Shown here: positions 25,019 to 37,463 of the stretch, piece by piece | Layout of the letters: the number at the start of each line of letters is the position of its first letter | Numbering within the stretch: the first letter of the stretch is position 1 | Origin: Octopus sinensis | Taxonomy: Eukaryota | DNA: 64,000 nucleotides | Direction of reading: 5' to 3' | Assembly: GCF_006345805.1 (NCBI RefSeq) | Contig: NC_042998.1 | Location: 25,792,001-25,856,000, forward strand | Notes under the pieces: generated by a model | What the model saw: only the letters and a program-made list of their open reading frames with translations | Database searches by the model: none | Told to the model about the DNA's origin: nothing | Program-made: the position numbers and the translations under genes

Positions 25019-25460
25019 ACAGGAGTGGCTGTGTGGTAAGTAGCTTTCTTACCAACCACATGGTTCCGGGTTCAGTCCCACTGTGTGGCACCTTGGGCAA
25101 GTGTCTTCTACTATGGCCTCGCACCAACCAAAGCCTTGTGAGTGGATATGGTAGACGGAACCTAAAGAAATCCATCGAATATATGTGTATATGTGTGTAT
25201 GTGTGTGTGCATATATTTGTGTGTCTGTGTTTATCCCCAAAACATCGCTTGACAACTGATGCTGATGTGTTTACCCCCACCCCAATGTCGCTTGACATCT
25301 GATGCTAATGTGTTTACATCCCTGTAACTTAGCGCTTCAGCAAAAGAGACTGATAGAATAAGTACTAGGCTTACAAGGAATAAGTCCTGGGGTCAATTTG
25401 CTCGACTAAAGGTGGTGCTCCAGCATGGCCACGGTCAAAATGACTGAAACAAGTAAAAGG
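25019..25460 (+). mobile_element. S1 SINE with small internal duplication
   Basis: Match to S1; the CGCTTGACA..TGATGCT..TGTGTTTAC segment is repeated. Confidence 0.85.
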
Positions 25461-25830
25461 GTATACATACATACATATGTAAATATGTATACTTACACTA
25501 TACACACATAAGCATATACATATAGGCATAAACAAATATACACATATAGACACATATACACAAGCACACATATAAATATACATACATATGCATACAGGGA
25601 CAGGGAAAAATTGAATATGGTTGTAATCATACCATTTTGCTTGTGTGTCTCTTTGGTCCATTAAGTAAAAGTCTATTTCCATTGAATTAATGAATAATAA
25701 TTGATGTAAATCAATTTTTGTTCATCAGTACTTCTCCATTTTCTGTTTTCTTTATATATATATATATATATATATATTATTATTATTCCCTAATTAATAT
25801 ATAAATAAAATAATATATATATATATATAT

Positions 25831-26391
25831 GATGGCCGTCCACTCGTGACCAAGGAAGACCATTGCTGACCTTCAGGAACATTGCATATCAAGCAGAGGT
25901 CGGCAATGCCTGTGCAGAGTTTTAGGTCCAATAAGGCTTGCACAACACCTCATAGACTCTCTCCACTTTATTGACTTTATCCAGAGACAAGCCAGAGCAA
26001 GATGTCTGGTGCCAATATGAGTCACAGGCTCAGGGATGTGGGAGCGCCATGATCTATAGCACAAACCAAAGATCCCCAAAATGTCCAATGCCATTCCCTG
26101 CATATCTGTGTCAGGTCACTTTTGAGTGCTACTGGTAACATGTAACCCAGTACAAGCTGTTGCATGGTTGGGTTGTCGGCGACTAAACCGGCAACCCCAC
26201 CAAGCTTTCTTGGGGAGGAGGGTGTTTATTGGATACCCTGCGGGATGAAAAACAAAACCCGTCAAAGAGCAGAGGACCTCTTGAGAGTCAACGGCCATCC
26301 AATAAATGTTAGCACGGGTACGCAGAAATTCTGGGGTGGTGTCCAGCATACTGAAAGACCACTGGGAGTGAGGCGCCCCTCAGCTTTTTGA
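25831..26391 (+). mobile_element. GC-rich retroelement UTR-like fragment (possibly RTE 5' region)
   Basis: Abrupt GC-rich island between microsatellites with no ORF of recognisable family; assignment from loose resemblance only. Confidence 0.35.
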
Positions 26392-26405
26392 AATATATAT
26401 ATACA

Positions 26406-26440
<35 letters not shown>

Positions 26441-26628
26441 TACTTTATTTATTAGGGGATAAAAATTCCGGCGTCACAAGGATTCAAATAAAATGAATTA
26501 TTCTCGATAAGGAAATATATGCTATTTAGAGATAGAAGTCCCCATGCAAAACATCAAATCCTAATATAAATCACACCATATGATAGAATTTTATTTTAAT
26601 ACTTACTATTTTCAGTTCCAAATTTCTT

Positions 26629-26719
26629 TTCTACATATGTTTCATGAGGTGCGTTTAACGTTCCCGAGGTCCTCAGTCTTTTTCAGAAACATGTTTAACT
26701 CAACCCCAATCATCAGGAC
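26629..26719 (-). ncRNA. Degenerate HHR-like motif with long stem-II loop
   Basis: GTC CTGATGA TTGGGG..CCTCAT GAA ACATATGT A; same palindromic stem III as family D; stem I weak. Confidence 0.4.
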
Positions 26720-26879
26720 TCTCCATAACTTATTTATAGTTCTATAACTATTCCTATATTTTTATATTTTATCAGTTATGAATGTAACTAGCAAACAAAC
26801 ATGCAGGCATGCAAATATATAAATATATACTATTTACTATTTATCATTTAATTGAATGCCACATATCCATTTCCAAGTA

Positions 26880-26948
26880 AGTATATATATGTATATATGT
26901 ATGTGTGTATAATATATATATGTATATTTATACATACATATATATATA

Positions 26949-26996
<48 letters not shown>

Positions 26997-27005
26997 TACA
27001 TATAT

Positions 27006-27076
<71 letters not shown>

Positions 27077-27260
27077 TATATATACATATATATACACACA
27101 TATATATATATATGCTTACTCATATAAATATGCATACTTACACATTCATACTCATACATATATGTATGGGATTGTGTGTGTGGGTGTACATGTGTGTGTG
27201 TATGTGCGTGCAGTTGTGTGTATGTGTGTGTGTGTTAGCATGTGTGTGCATGATTTTGTG
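26880..27260. repeat. (TA)n/(TG)n microsatellite block
   Basis: Direct inspection. Confidence 0.95.
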
Positions 27261-28029
27261 CATGGAAATACTGATAAAATACTATGATAAAAACAAACTC
27301 TGCTTTTGCACTCGGTTGTTTTATAGGAGAACATTTTTAAAGTGAATTAATGCAGCAAGACTTTAAAGCAAAGAGTAAAACCAAAAACTTGCTGACAGCA
27401 GTATAGAGAGTATTAGGAAGCTTTTTGTTTTGTTTTGTTTGTTATTTCTTATTTTACATTACTTAATAGAACATGTAGCAGCATATTTCTCTGATATTCT
27501 AAAAATATAACTAACATGTTGATGACTTTGATCATTTGACATTCTGATTTCTGACAAGAATTGAAGGTTTCGAAAAATTTAGACAGCTGCATGAATTTTT
27601 ATTTTTACGCTTGAGTAAACATTATTCACCGAAACATGACTGAAATATCAATAATATAATTGCTATTAATATCATCAATAAAATTAAGCATTACTTCTGC
27701 TATTACATTCTAGATGATTTATAAGAGCCAACTAGATAAGAAGACCTCTTTGAGGTCACTTGAGGTGCAAGAAATAGCAATGAAATTACTCCCTTCCGGT
27801 CACACCCTACTATATGAAAATACAAAAAGTAAAAGGAAGTATGATTGTATTGGATAATCTAATCTGACATTAAATCTTGATGGTCCACAATGGAATATCT
27901 TTAATCAGCTACAACTAATAACATAAAATTTGGTGTGTAGATCTCTAATCTCTACCTATAAAATAATAAAATAAGTGGAAGAGAGATTATTTTGTTATCA
28001 ATGAAAGATATTTATAATTAGTTTTAGAT

Positions 28030-28392
28030 TATAATAATAATAATAATAATGAAATTATTGTATACAGTGCTCAGGTGCACCACAGCTTGTCAAAAGTGCA
28101 TATAGAGCAAATGCAGTAATGTGCAAATGTCTGGAAAGGGAACAGTGTATGAGTCAGATACATGCTTGTGTGTGTATGGAGGGGAGAAAATCAGGTGTAG
28201 TGTTGACAAATCTCAGGAAGCATGGAAGTTTTGAAGGATGTAGTACTCCGACAACTAACAACTGATGCCAGCAGTTTGTTTCATGCTTCAGCAACTCTTA
28301 GCGTGAAAAAATGTTTCTGAAAGTCATGGGAGATGTGCTGTTTTCTGACTTTGTAAACATGTCCACGGGTGTTAGACAGGTGGAGTTTGAAA
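28030..28392 (-). mobile_element. CR1 LINE 3' fragment (same family as 12330-12826)
   Basis: Reverse complement of the 12470-12826 region; (ATT)n tail. Confidence 0.85.
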
Positions 28393-28784
28393 ACTTAAAA
28401 CCAAAAAAATTACGTAATGTTATACCTATAAGGGTAAAAATATTCTTGTGAAGTATTTGATCAAAATAGTCATTATTAGCAATAAAGATAGAGAAACTGA
28501 AAGTGAAAAGGGTTCTAACCTGAGCATTGCAGTTCAATCAGTACTACTGAGTGAGATGATGATGTACTGCATGCCCCCAAAAATAAATGCACCAGTCCCA
28601 GCTAGAAAGCATGGTGATGGTGGTGGATTTGTGGGTGGTGCTGGATAAAGAAATAGAAGCTCATCTCATTCACCACCACCACCAGCACCACCACCACCAA
28701 GGATTAGGGTCATTAATGTTTTTGCTGAACTTTGTTTTTTTTTTCCAACCAGTCACCAGGTCTAATTTTTGTTAGTTTCTTTAA

Positions 28785-29249
28785 CCCTTTCATTGCCAAT
28801 AAAGATTAGACCATGCTCTAGCTCTACAGTACAAATGTCTTGTTTTCATTATTTTTGAATTAAAATCTTCCACCAAACCTTAGTCACAATTTATGTTCCT
28901 AAAAGTAGCTGACTGATAACTAAGTTATTTTATTAAATTCTTCGTTATATCTAAAATTAATTGAAAGAAACAGAGCCTCTCAATAGAAATATGGTAACAA
29001 AAGGGTTAACAAATGATTAATTTAGCTTTTTTGATACCAACCTGGCTGAAACCAGTTCTGGCTCTATAGCACAAATGTCTTGTTTTCAAAAGTTTTGAAT
29101 TAAAATCTTCCACCAAACCTTAGTCACAATTTATGTTCCTAACACTAGCTAAATGATAACTAAGTTATTTTACTAAATTATTTTGTTATATTTAAAAATC
29201 AATTGAAAGAAACATAGAACATCTCAACAGAAATATGGTAACAAAAGGG
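28785..29249. mobile_element. Two tandem TTAA-flanked MITEs
   Basis: TTAA|CCCTTTCATTGCC...GGTAACAAAAGGG|TTAA (28785-29005) and second copy ending 29249; a terminal fragment also lies at 50525-50566. Confidence 0.8.
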
Positions 29250-30520
29250 TTAACAAATGATTACTTTAACAGTTCTTTGTTGATATTTTCTTAAAATTTT
29301 TTGTATCTCCTCTGCCAGACTCTTGCAGCTGGGTATACTGAAGATGAGTATATGTTTACCGTTTTTCCGTATATGTGAAAATATACCAAGCAAAATTATT
29401 GAAGATATTAAATATAAGCTAAATACCCAGTCAGCTTACAACTTGAAATAATTAACATTATCCATATAACTTTCTCCTAAAGTCTGAAATTTTTAGATTT
29501 ATAGCAGAATGGAAAATGAAAAGTTTCTACTTTGCTAAAATGATTGAGCAACAAAAAGGCAAGTTTCAGCTCTTATAACCAAGTTACAGACTCAATTCAT
29601 GAAGAATGTATCATATTCTTCATGGTTGGTGCTTATTTTAGATATAACAATTATTAGTATTATACAATATTTCTTGACATTAGGAGAGAGCCAGACTGTA
29701 ATTTTTATATTCTCTTAATTTTTTATGACACAAGGGCTGGGAAGTGAGAAGCTACAGAAAGTGAATTGCTCTTATATGAAGCAGCACATTAAGATTTCCA
29801 GTTTCGCTCTAGTCCTATGGCTTTTTGCAAAACCCACCAGGATGACCTTGTCATATATATCTGTCAAGAGTGAGTAAAATAAATACTTGTGCCATGCATA
29901 CTCACTTTGTTGTCTTGCACACAGAAATTTACCCCATACTTCCCTACTTCACTCCACCGAAAAATTAGCTGAAAGAAAAGTATTCAGCATTTAATAGTGG
30001 AAAAGTGAAAAAACCGTTCCAAGTTGCAGGCCATAGTTTTGCACTTAGGTAGCGGAAATTCGTTCTTCTTTAGCTCGCAACATAAAATCTATGAATATTG
30101 TATATCCCCAAGTAATGAAACAAACATTGGAAAAGTTTACTGATTTGAAAAATGTGCTTTTTTCCAGACAGAAAATTTGTAAAATATAAAAAAAAATTTT
30201 AGAGTAAACTTTTCTTTTAGGTTCTTTATTTTTGTGCGTTTTGAAGAAGGTCAGATTGGACAATCTTCTGAAATGTTTAGAAGCAATAATTCTGTGAGAA
30301 TCAACATTCCCAGACCAACAAACAACTTTTTAAAGCAATTTGTCCAATATATAGTGAATTTATGAGAATATATTAATTTTTAATATTAATTAATAAATCT
30401 AGAAAAATTAGGGTATCACTGGTGGTTATAAATAATTAAAAATAATAAACAAAAATTTATAACATTAGTACAACTCTCACAAACTTTTCAGGAAAGGGGT
30501 AGTCCATTATATCTACCAAA

Positions 30521-31450
30521 TCATCATCATCATCATCATCTTTTAACATCTGTTTTCCATGCAGGCATGGGTTGGATGGCCTGACCAGAGAATAAAACTG
30601 CACCAAGTTGTAGTCTGATTTGACTTGGTTTTTACAGCTCAATGCCCTTCCTAACACCAACCACAATACAGTGTGTGCGTTGGGTACTTTTAACATGACG
30701 TCATACAAGCGCTCTAATGTGGCATTGGCAGGAGTGTTTTTTACGTGACACCAGCACGTTACTCTTGCAAATCAGTCCTCTTCACCAGGGGGAGTGGATA
30801 ACTCTTCTACAGTGGAGAATGGGTCTTCTTGAGTACAGCAAGGCACCAAACATCTCACTCCTTTGTCATCTTGTTCAGCATCAGCCAGTCATCCTTCAGT
30901 ACTTCATTCTATATTTTTCTCAAATCTTGAAAAGAAAGGGAAGCAACATCATCATCATCATCATCATCATCGTTTAACGTCTGCTTTCCATGCTAGTATG
31001 GGTTGGACGTATGACTGAGGGCTGGTGAACCAGATGGCTGCACCAGGCTTCAATCTTGATCTGGCAGAGTTTCTACAGCTGGATGCCCTTCCTAATGCCA
31101 ACCACTCCGAGAGTGTAGTGGGTGCTTTTTACATGCCACCGGCACAGAGCCAGCTAGGCAGCACTGGCAACGACCTCTCTCGAATCCTTTACACATGCCA
31201 CCAGCACGGATGCCAGTAAGGTGATGCTGGTAACGATCACATTCGAATGGTGTCTTTTACATGCCACTAGCATGGAGGTCAGATAGCCACTCTGGCAACG
31301 ATCACACTCGGATGGTGCTCTTAATATCCTACTAGCACAGGGCTTGAGTGCCAGTAATGCGATGCTGGTAACGATCACGCTCGAATGGTGTCTTTTACGT
31401 ACCACTGGCATGGAAGCCGGTTAGCCACTCTGTCAATGATCACACTCATA
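30521..31450 (-). mobile_element. Two adjacent RTE 3'UTR/tail fragments
   Basis: Each starts with (CAT)n-TTTAAC..TTTCCATGC..GCATGGGTTGG (30521 and 30948). Confidence 0.85.
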
Positions 31451-32515
31451 TGTAATTTAGTGCTAGACACCCTTGTAAAAAGGGATGGCCACAAGATAAA
31501 CATAATACTGTGTGCATAGGGTAAGTAATACAGAATAGGCAATTTATAAGGAATTGTAGAATCATTTACATACCATAATGCCAGAATATTATTGATGCTT
31601 ATCTTTGTCAAAGGTATGAAAGACAAAGAAAGTTAAACCTCAATGGAATTTGAATTCAGAAGCAAGCTTCTTTTTATGTAGATAACATAAAGCATCTTAT
31701 CTGTATATATACCTTTGTATTTTTTTTAGTCCATCTACATGTAAACAAGATAATATCATTTGACAGATGTCTCTCTCACTGTTGACTTAAAAAATACAAG
31801 TAAAAAAAATACAGAAAACAACCATTCAATTCTTTTCAATTTTCCATTGTGATCTTGTTGTGAAATACAACAAAAATATCATAATTCAAGGAATCAATAT
31901 AAACATTAAAAATACAGCAAATAATCCCTAAGTTTAAATTTGTTTTTTTTTTTTTCATATTCATGTTATTTATATGCGTATCCTCTCTTGTAATGTACTA
32001 TATACCCTTTGAACACAGAAGCTTTTCTATTCAAGAATTTCTTCATATTTTAGTACAATTTTACTTATTTTTAGATGATAATCCAATTGACTAAAATATC
32101 TGTCGTATTTCTTTATTATTTTTTCCCTCTTCTCAATGAGAAAATTCAGCAAATGAAGAAAATGAAATCATTGATCTTTCTTAACTCATTATTCTTTATT
32201 CATATTTATGCACGTACACACACACACACATACATACACCACATATATAAGTATGGATGTATGCATATGCATGTATATATGCATATATATATGCACATCT
32301 ATCTAAATATGTGTGTGGGGTGTATATGTGTATGTTCATATGTATGAATAAAACTTATATGCTAAACGATAATAAAGTAAATCTGAATATGACAGTAGGA
32401 ATGTGTGTTGTGTGTTTTTTTTATTGGCTACAAAACGTCTACAATGATACAACTGCTTTAGTTCTAACCTGATTTTAGAGGATATCACATGGCAAATGAG
32501 TAACAAAGGTAACAA

Positions 32516-32549
<34 letters not shown>

Positions 32550-32556
<7 letters not shown>

Positions 32557-33735
32557 AGTAAAAGGCAGATTGTATGATGTCTGTGTGCAAACAGCTATAC
32601 TACATGGCATTGAGACATGGGCTGTGACATCCAAGGATATGTGTAGGCTTGGAAGAAATGAAGCCAGTATGCTTCACCAGATGTGCAATGTCAGTCTGCA
32701 TGTACAACAGGGTGTGAGCATGTTGAGAGAAAAGTTGGGCATAAGGGGATTTTGTGAGTGGATTTGGTAGACGGAAACTAAAAGAAGCCTGTCATATATA
32801 TGTATATATATATATACATGTATGTGTGTGTGTTTGTGTGTCTGTGTTTGTCCCCCTAGCATTGCTTGACAGCCGATGCTGGTGTGTTTATGTCCCCGTC
32901 ATTTAGTGGTTCGGCAAAAGAGACCGATAGAATAAGTACTGGGCTTACAAAGAATAAGTCCTGGGGTCGATTTGCTCGACTAAAGGCGGTGCTCCAGCAT
33001 GGCTGCAGTCAAATGACTGAAACAAGTAAAAGAGAGTAAAAAAGAGTAAAGAGAGTAAGGGGCACCGGATGTGGTGTACGAGAGAGATGACTGCACTGGT
33101 ATGGTCATGTGATGTGCATGCACGAGGAGAGCTGTGTAAAGGAGTGCCAATCTCAAATTGTGGAGGGAACCTGCGGTAGAGGTAGACCCAGAAAGACATA
33201 GGATGAGGTGGAAAAGTATTATCTTCAAACTTTGGACCTCACAGAGGCAATCTTTGGCACTATGTGGTGCTTGAGAAGACCCATCAAGCCAAGTGGAATC
33301 ATAGTTGTGGCCAATGCTGGTTTCACGTAACTGGTACGTAAAAAGCACCTTTCAAGTGTTGGGCCTCACAGAGGCAAAGTGGCTGGTGCCGGTGGCATGT
33401 GAAAAACTCTTTTTGAGTGTTGGGGTCTCACAGAGGGAACGAGGAATGACCAAAACCTTTGGCATTGGTCATGCTCAAGAAGAAAACCCATCAAGCCAAG
33501 TAAAATCGCAATCGTAGCAGATACTGGTGTCACACAAATGGCACCCATACCTGTGGCACATAAAAGCACCCATTACACTCATGGAGTGGTTGGCATTAGG
33601 AAGGGCCTCCAGCCGTAGAAACCCTGCCAAATCAGACTGGAGTCTGGTGCAGCCTTCCAGCTTGCCAGCCCAGTCAAACCATCCAACCCATGCCAGCATG
33701 GACAACAGACATTAAATGATGATGATGATGATGAT
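32550..33735 (+). mobile_element. RTE LINE ORF C-terminus and 3'UTR, interrupted by an S1 SINE
   Basis: RVKGRLYDVCVQTAILHGIETWAVT...LREKLGIRG continues after the SINE as TGCGVRER*LHWYGHVM...GTCGRGRPRKT; (GAT)n tail. Confidence 0.9.
32749..33055 (+). mobile_element. 5'-truncated S1 SINE nested in RTE
   Basis: TSD TAAGGGG at 32742-32748 and 33056-33062. Confidence 0.9.
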
Positions 33736-33915
33736 CATGTGTATATATATATATATTATATATATATATATATATTACAGAGATGTACTCGCATAGCAAG
33801 TAATTTGATCTGAGATCGTGTGCTGAAATGAAAACAATTGCAGCGTGGAAGGTGTTTATAAGCCATTTAAGAAACATACAAAAGCCGTTCGATTCACTTC
33901 AACATTTAAGTTTAA

Positions 33916-33965
33916 TTTGTCAAAATATTTTCGTCGCTAAAATCCGCGACCTGTTCACTGACAAA
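33916..33965 (-). ncRNA. Minimal type-I hammerhead ribozyme motif, G3-C8 variant (mirror arm)
   Basis: Reverse complement identical to 33985-34034 except one stem-II loop base. Confidence 0.75.
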
Positions 33966-33984
33966 AATCCGTGCTGCACAGATT

Positions 33985-34034
33985 TTTGTCAGTGAACAGG
34001 TCGCAGATTTTAGCGACGAAAATATTTTGACAAA
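33985..34034 (+). ncRNA. Minimal type-I hammerhead ribozyme motif, G3-C8 variant
   Basis: TTTGTCA GTGAACA G GTCGC-AGATTTTA-GCGAC GAA AATATT T | TGACAAA: 7 bp stem I, 5 bp stem II, palindromic stem III. Confidence 0.75.
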
Positions 34035-34719
34035 TTAAACTTAAATGTTGAAGTGAATTGAACGGCTTTTGTGTGTTTCTTAAATGGCTTATAAACACCT
34101 TCCACGCTGCAATTGTTATATATATATGTATATATATATATATATGTCTGTGCATGTGTTTCATCTCACTGTATAGTATGAATGAAACACTGTGGGATAT
34201 TTAATGATAAAATTGTTCAAAATCTAATACAATAAATTGAGATATTGCAATGAGAGTAATGAAGATGGAACAACAGTATCTGTTTGCACTTCACCTTATA
34301 CTTCAATATTTCAGATTGGTTATTGTAACAATGCCATTTTGTGCATGTCACAACCCCATCCTACATATCTCAACAAAATGAAAGGCTATTAACACCCTCG
34401 CCCTCTGCATAGAAATATGAGGTAAAGTATAAACTCTTGTTCTCTCTTCCTTATTTACATTTCCATTCCTATATTTCAGTTTCAAGTAACTTTTGAACAA
34501 TTTTAATATTTATCTCTATCTCTCTATATATATACATATATATATGTATTTATGTTTATATGTATGTATACATAAACACTGTTTATATTGTATATATTTA
34601 TTAGTATATTTATATATATATATTACTGGACCTTGAAGACTTCTAAAATGCAAGAAAGTATACTAGTCCCTTAATATTTGAATAAGACAATCAATATTTC
34701 ATTTCATTTTACTATAAAA

Positions 34720-35046
34720 GACCCCCTTCGGTCATGAATGTCCATGGGATTGCACCTAGAAAGTTACCCTCCTAGACACAAGTCCGGGCAAGGTTGTTTA
34801 TGGAAGACCAGCAGTCGCCCATGCATACCAGCCTCCCCTCTCCACGCCACCAGTGTTATCCAAGGGAAAGACAAAGGTCGATACAGCTTGGTACCAGTGA
34901 TGTCGCAACTCATTTCTACAGCTGAGTGAACCGGAGCAACGTGAAATAAAGTGCTTTGCTCGAGAACACAACACGCAGCCCGGTCCGGGATTCGAGCTCA
35001 CAACCTCACGATCGTAAGCTCGACGCTCTAACCACTGAGCCATGCG
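34720..35046 (-). mobile_element. tRNA-headed CORE-like SINE
   Basis: Minus strand CGCATGGCTCAGTGGTTAGAGCG head, B-box-like GAGCTCGAATCCC, GAGCAAAGCACTTTATTTCACG centre. Confidence 0.8.
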
Positions 35047-35842
35047 ATATATATACTATTTATACTATATATTCTATATTCTACATTAACATTATAAAGA
35101 ATATAAATAAAATATTTAGAATTCCTTTGGATAATATATTAATATATATATGTATGTATATATGTTCGTATGAATAAATAGTTCTTCCCTTTACATTCAC
35201 TAACATAACATGAACAGGTTGACAAAGTCTAAATTCTTATTCAGAAATACTTATCTCCAAGACAACTCAAAGAATTATGCCCTCCTTATATGTTTAATTT
35301 TGGGTTTGGTTTCTGCTTCTATCACTAACCAATTTACGAAGTGCACCAAGTGTATTTTATTCCAGTGTCAGCACTAAGAAGAATGTTATGTCCTTGATAA
35401 GACTAAAAGATCAAACCTATATTGTCTCAGCTCATGTTCCAGTCACTTCATAGAATGTACTAGTTGCATGTTATTATGACAGCAGCTCTAGTGAGGTTGT
35501 CTTGTTCTGTAGGACCATAGAATTCTTGCTGCTCTATGGTGTGTTTGTTTGTTCAAAGCAATTGACTGAAAAGATGAACAGGAGAGAGGGTAATGATAGT
35601 GAAAAGGTTTGATGTGTCAGAAAAAGGGTGATTGAGGTGGGAGATAGGTGGGTAGGGAGAGAGCAAGATAGATTGCAAATAGATGTGGACAATGGGGAGA
35701 GTAAGTGGTGACTGTCAATAACAAGTGACATGCGGAAGAAGAAGGGGTGATTTGCAGTACAAAAAGGAGATGGTAGGAAGTATTTGGTACCGCCAAAATT
35801 AATAGCAATGGCAGTATAATATAGTGAATGCATGCTTACAAA

Positions 35843-36235
35843 TCTCTCTATATATAAAGCTGAAGTTGTCTGTATATGGCAGGTTTGGTAGCCTTCAACT
35901 AACACTATCTCCTCCAAGACCCTGTGGTGCAAGTTGACCAAAATTAAGAGTGTGATAGAAGAAGGCTTGCTTTTCTTTCCATAGAAGAAAAAATTCAAAT
36001 CGGACCATGTTAACACCAAAAATTATTTACATCAAAAAGGTGCTTTTGTTTCTATGAAAATCCCTATTTTTTACGATATTTTGACTGCTGTGTCGACATT
36101 TTTCGGTGTATTTCAACCAGAAAAATGTTCACTTAAAGAGAACAACAAGCTACATAATGCAAAATTTTTACTTTTCAAAAATTCCAATCCAAAAGGGTCG
36201 AAACAAACCCAAGCAACGCCAGGCGATACTGCTAG
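35843..36235 (+). mobile_element. Non-autonomous Helitron (same family as 22998-23375)
   Basis: A|TC start, CTAG|T end, high identity to the first copy. Confidence 0.85.
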
Positions 36236-36542
36236 TATTAAATATTTGAAGACAGTTTTTTAAATTATATCATACTGAGTTTAAATACAATCCTATTATA
36301 AGCACCTTTATTTTGTCTGGTACTTAAATATGTTTGAGTATTATATTGTTTTAGCTTTTAAATTTACAATTTGTAAAGAGTCACCACGTTTGTTATAAAA
36401 GACTAATAACTGACCGTAAGAGTAACAAGGAAGTGTTTATAACACAACATAAAAGACTTTATTTGAAAATCGCCAGATTTTGATAGTGTTTACATCTTTT
36501 GTTGATATGTATCAACAAAAGATATAAACATAAAAAATATTA

Positions 36543-36805
36543 CAGTTCTATATTTAAGATATGAGGAATTATGTTCATTATTTACATTACTTACATTATT
36601 TACATTTGACAGATATTTGTCCTCATCTTGTTTGTTGTTAACACAAAGTTTCAGCTGATATACCCTCCAGCCTTCATAAGGTGTCTTGGGGAAATTTCAA
36701 AACTGGGTTCTCATTCCTAAAGTATCTATTTTGATGTTATTTCAAAGTTGAGAGCACAAGATTCCAAGTTCGATTCCAGGCAGTGACCTTAATAATAATA
36801 ATAGC

Positions 36806-36852
<47 letters not shown>

Positions 36853-37005
36853 TAATAATAATAATGATAATAACATCAAAAAATATCTTAGGAATTACCC
36901 CAAGACACCTGATGAAGGCTGGAGGGTACATCAGCCAAAACATTGCGTTAACAACAAACAAGATGAGGACAAATATCCGTCAAATGTAAATAATGTAAAT
37001 GATGT
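36543..37005. mobile_element. Family A inverted dimer
   Basis: Minus arm to ~36740 with full 3' tail, plus arm 36751-37005; HHR motifs 36640-36685 and 36904-36949; TSD ATAAAAAA(T/C)ATTA at 36530-36542 and 37006-37018. Confidence 0.85.
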
Positions 37006-37139
37006 ATAAAAAACATTATATATGCATGGCTCACAATTTTCTTCTAACACATTCCATTTACTCAATGACAAGTGACCAAGACCTTTGCAGATAAGCTGTG
37101 CTTGAGATGACTTGTTGGGTCAAGTGAAATTGTTGTTGT

Positions 37140-37432
37140 GGTTGATGCTAGGTCCACCTGACTGGCACCCATGCCGGTGGCATGTAAAAAGTAACGTTCA
37201 AGCGTGGTTGACGCCCGTAGAAAGCTCCATTTTAGCTTGAATGCTCCCCCCCCTCAGCATGCCAGGGGCATGTAAAAAGCACACACTACACATTGGAATG
37301 GTTGACATTTGGAAGGGCATCCAGCTGTAAAAACCTTGCCAAATCAGATCGAAGCTTGGTGCAGCTTCCTGGATTGCCAGTCCTCAGTCAACCCATTCAA
37401 CCCATGCCAGCATGGAAAGCGGACATTAAACG

Positions 37433-37462
<30 letters not shown>
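37140..37462 (+). mobile_element. RTE 3'UTR/tail
   Basis: GGAAGGGCATCCAGCTGTAAAA..CATGGAAAGCGGACATTAAACGATGATG. Confidence 0.8.

Positions 37463-37463
<1 letters not shown>

Larger units (their letters stand above)
33776..34117. mobile_element. PLE-like non-autonomous inverted dimer, family C
   Basis: Arms 33833-33972 and ~33977-34117 are near-perfect reverse complements; extra ~57 bp tail on the left arm; inserted in (TA)n. Confidence 0.85.

Noticed and set aside
26235-26280. Twister ribozyme at CGGG…CCCGTCAAAGAGCAGAGGA
   Set aside because: Superficial resemblance only; the L4 and UAA cleavage-loop consensus could not be fitted
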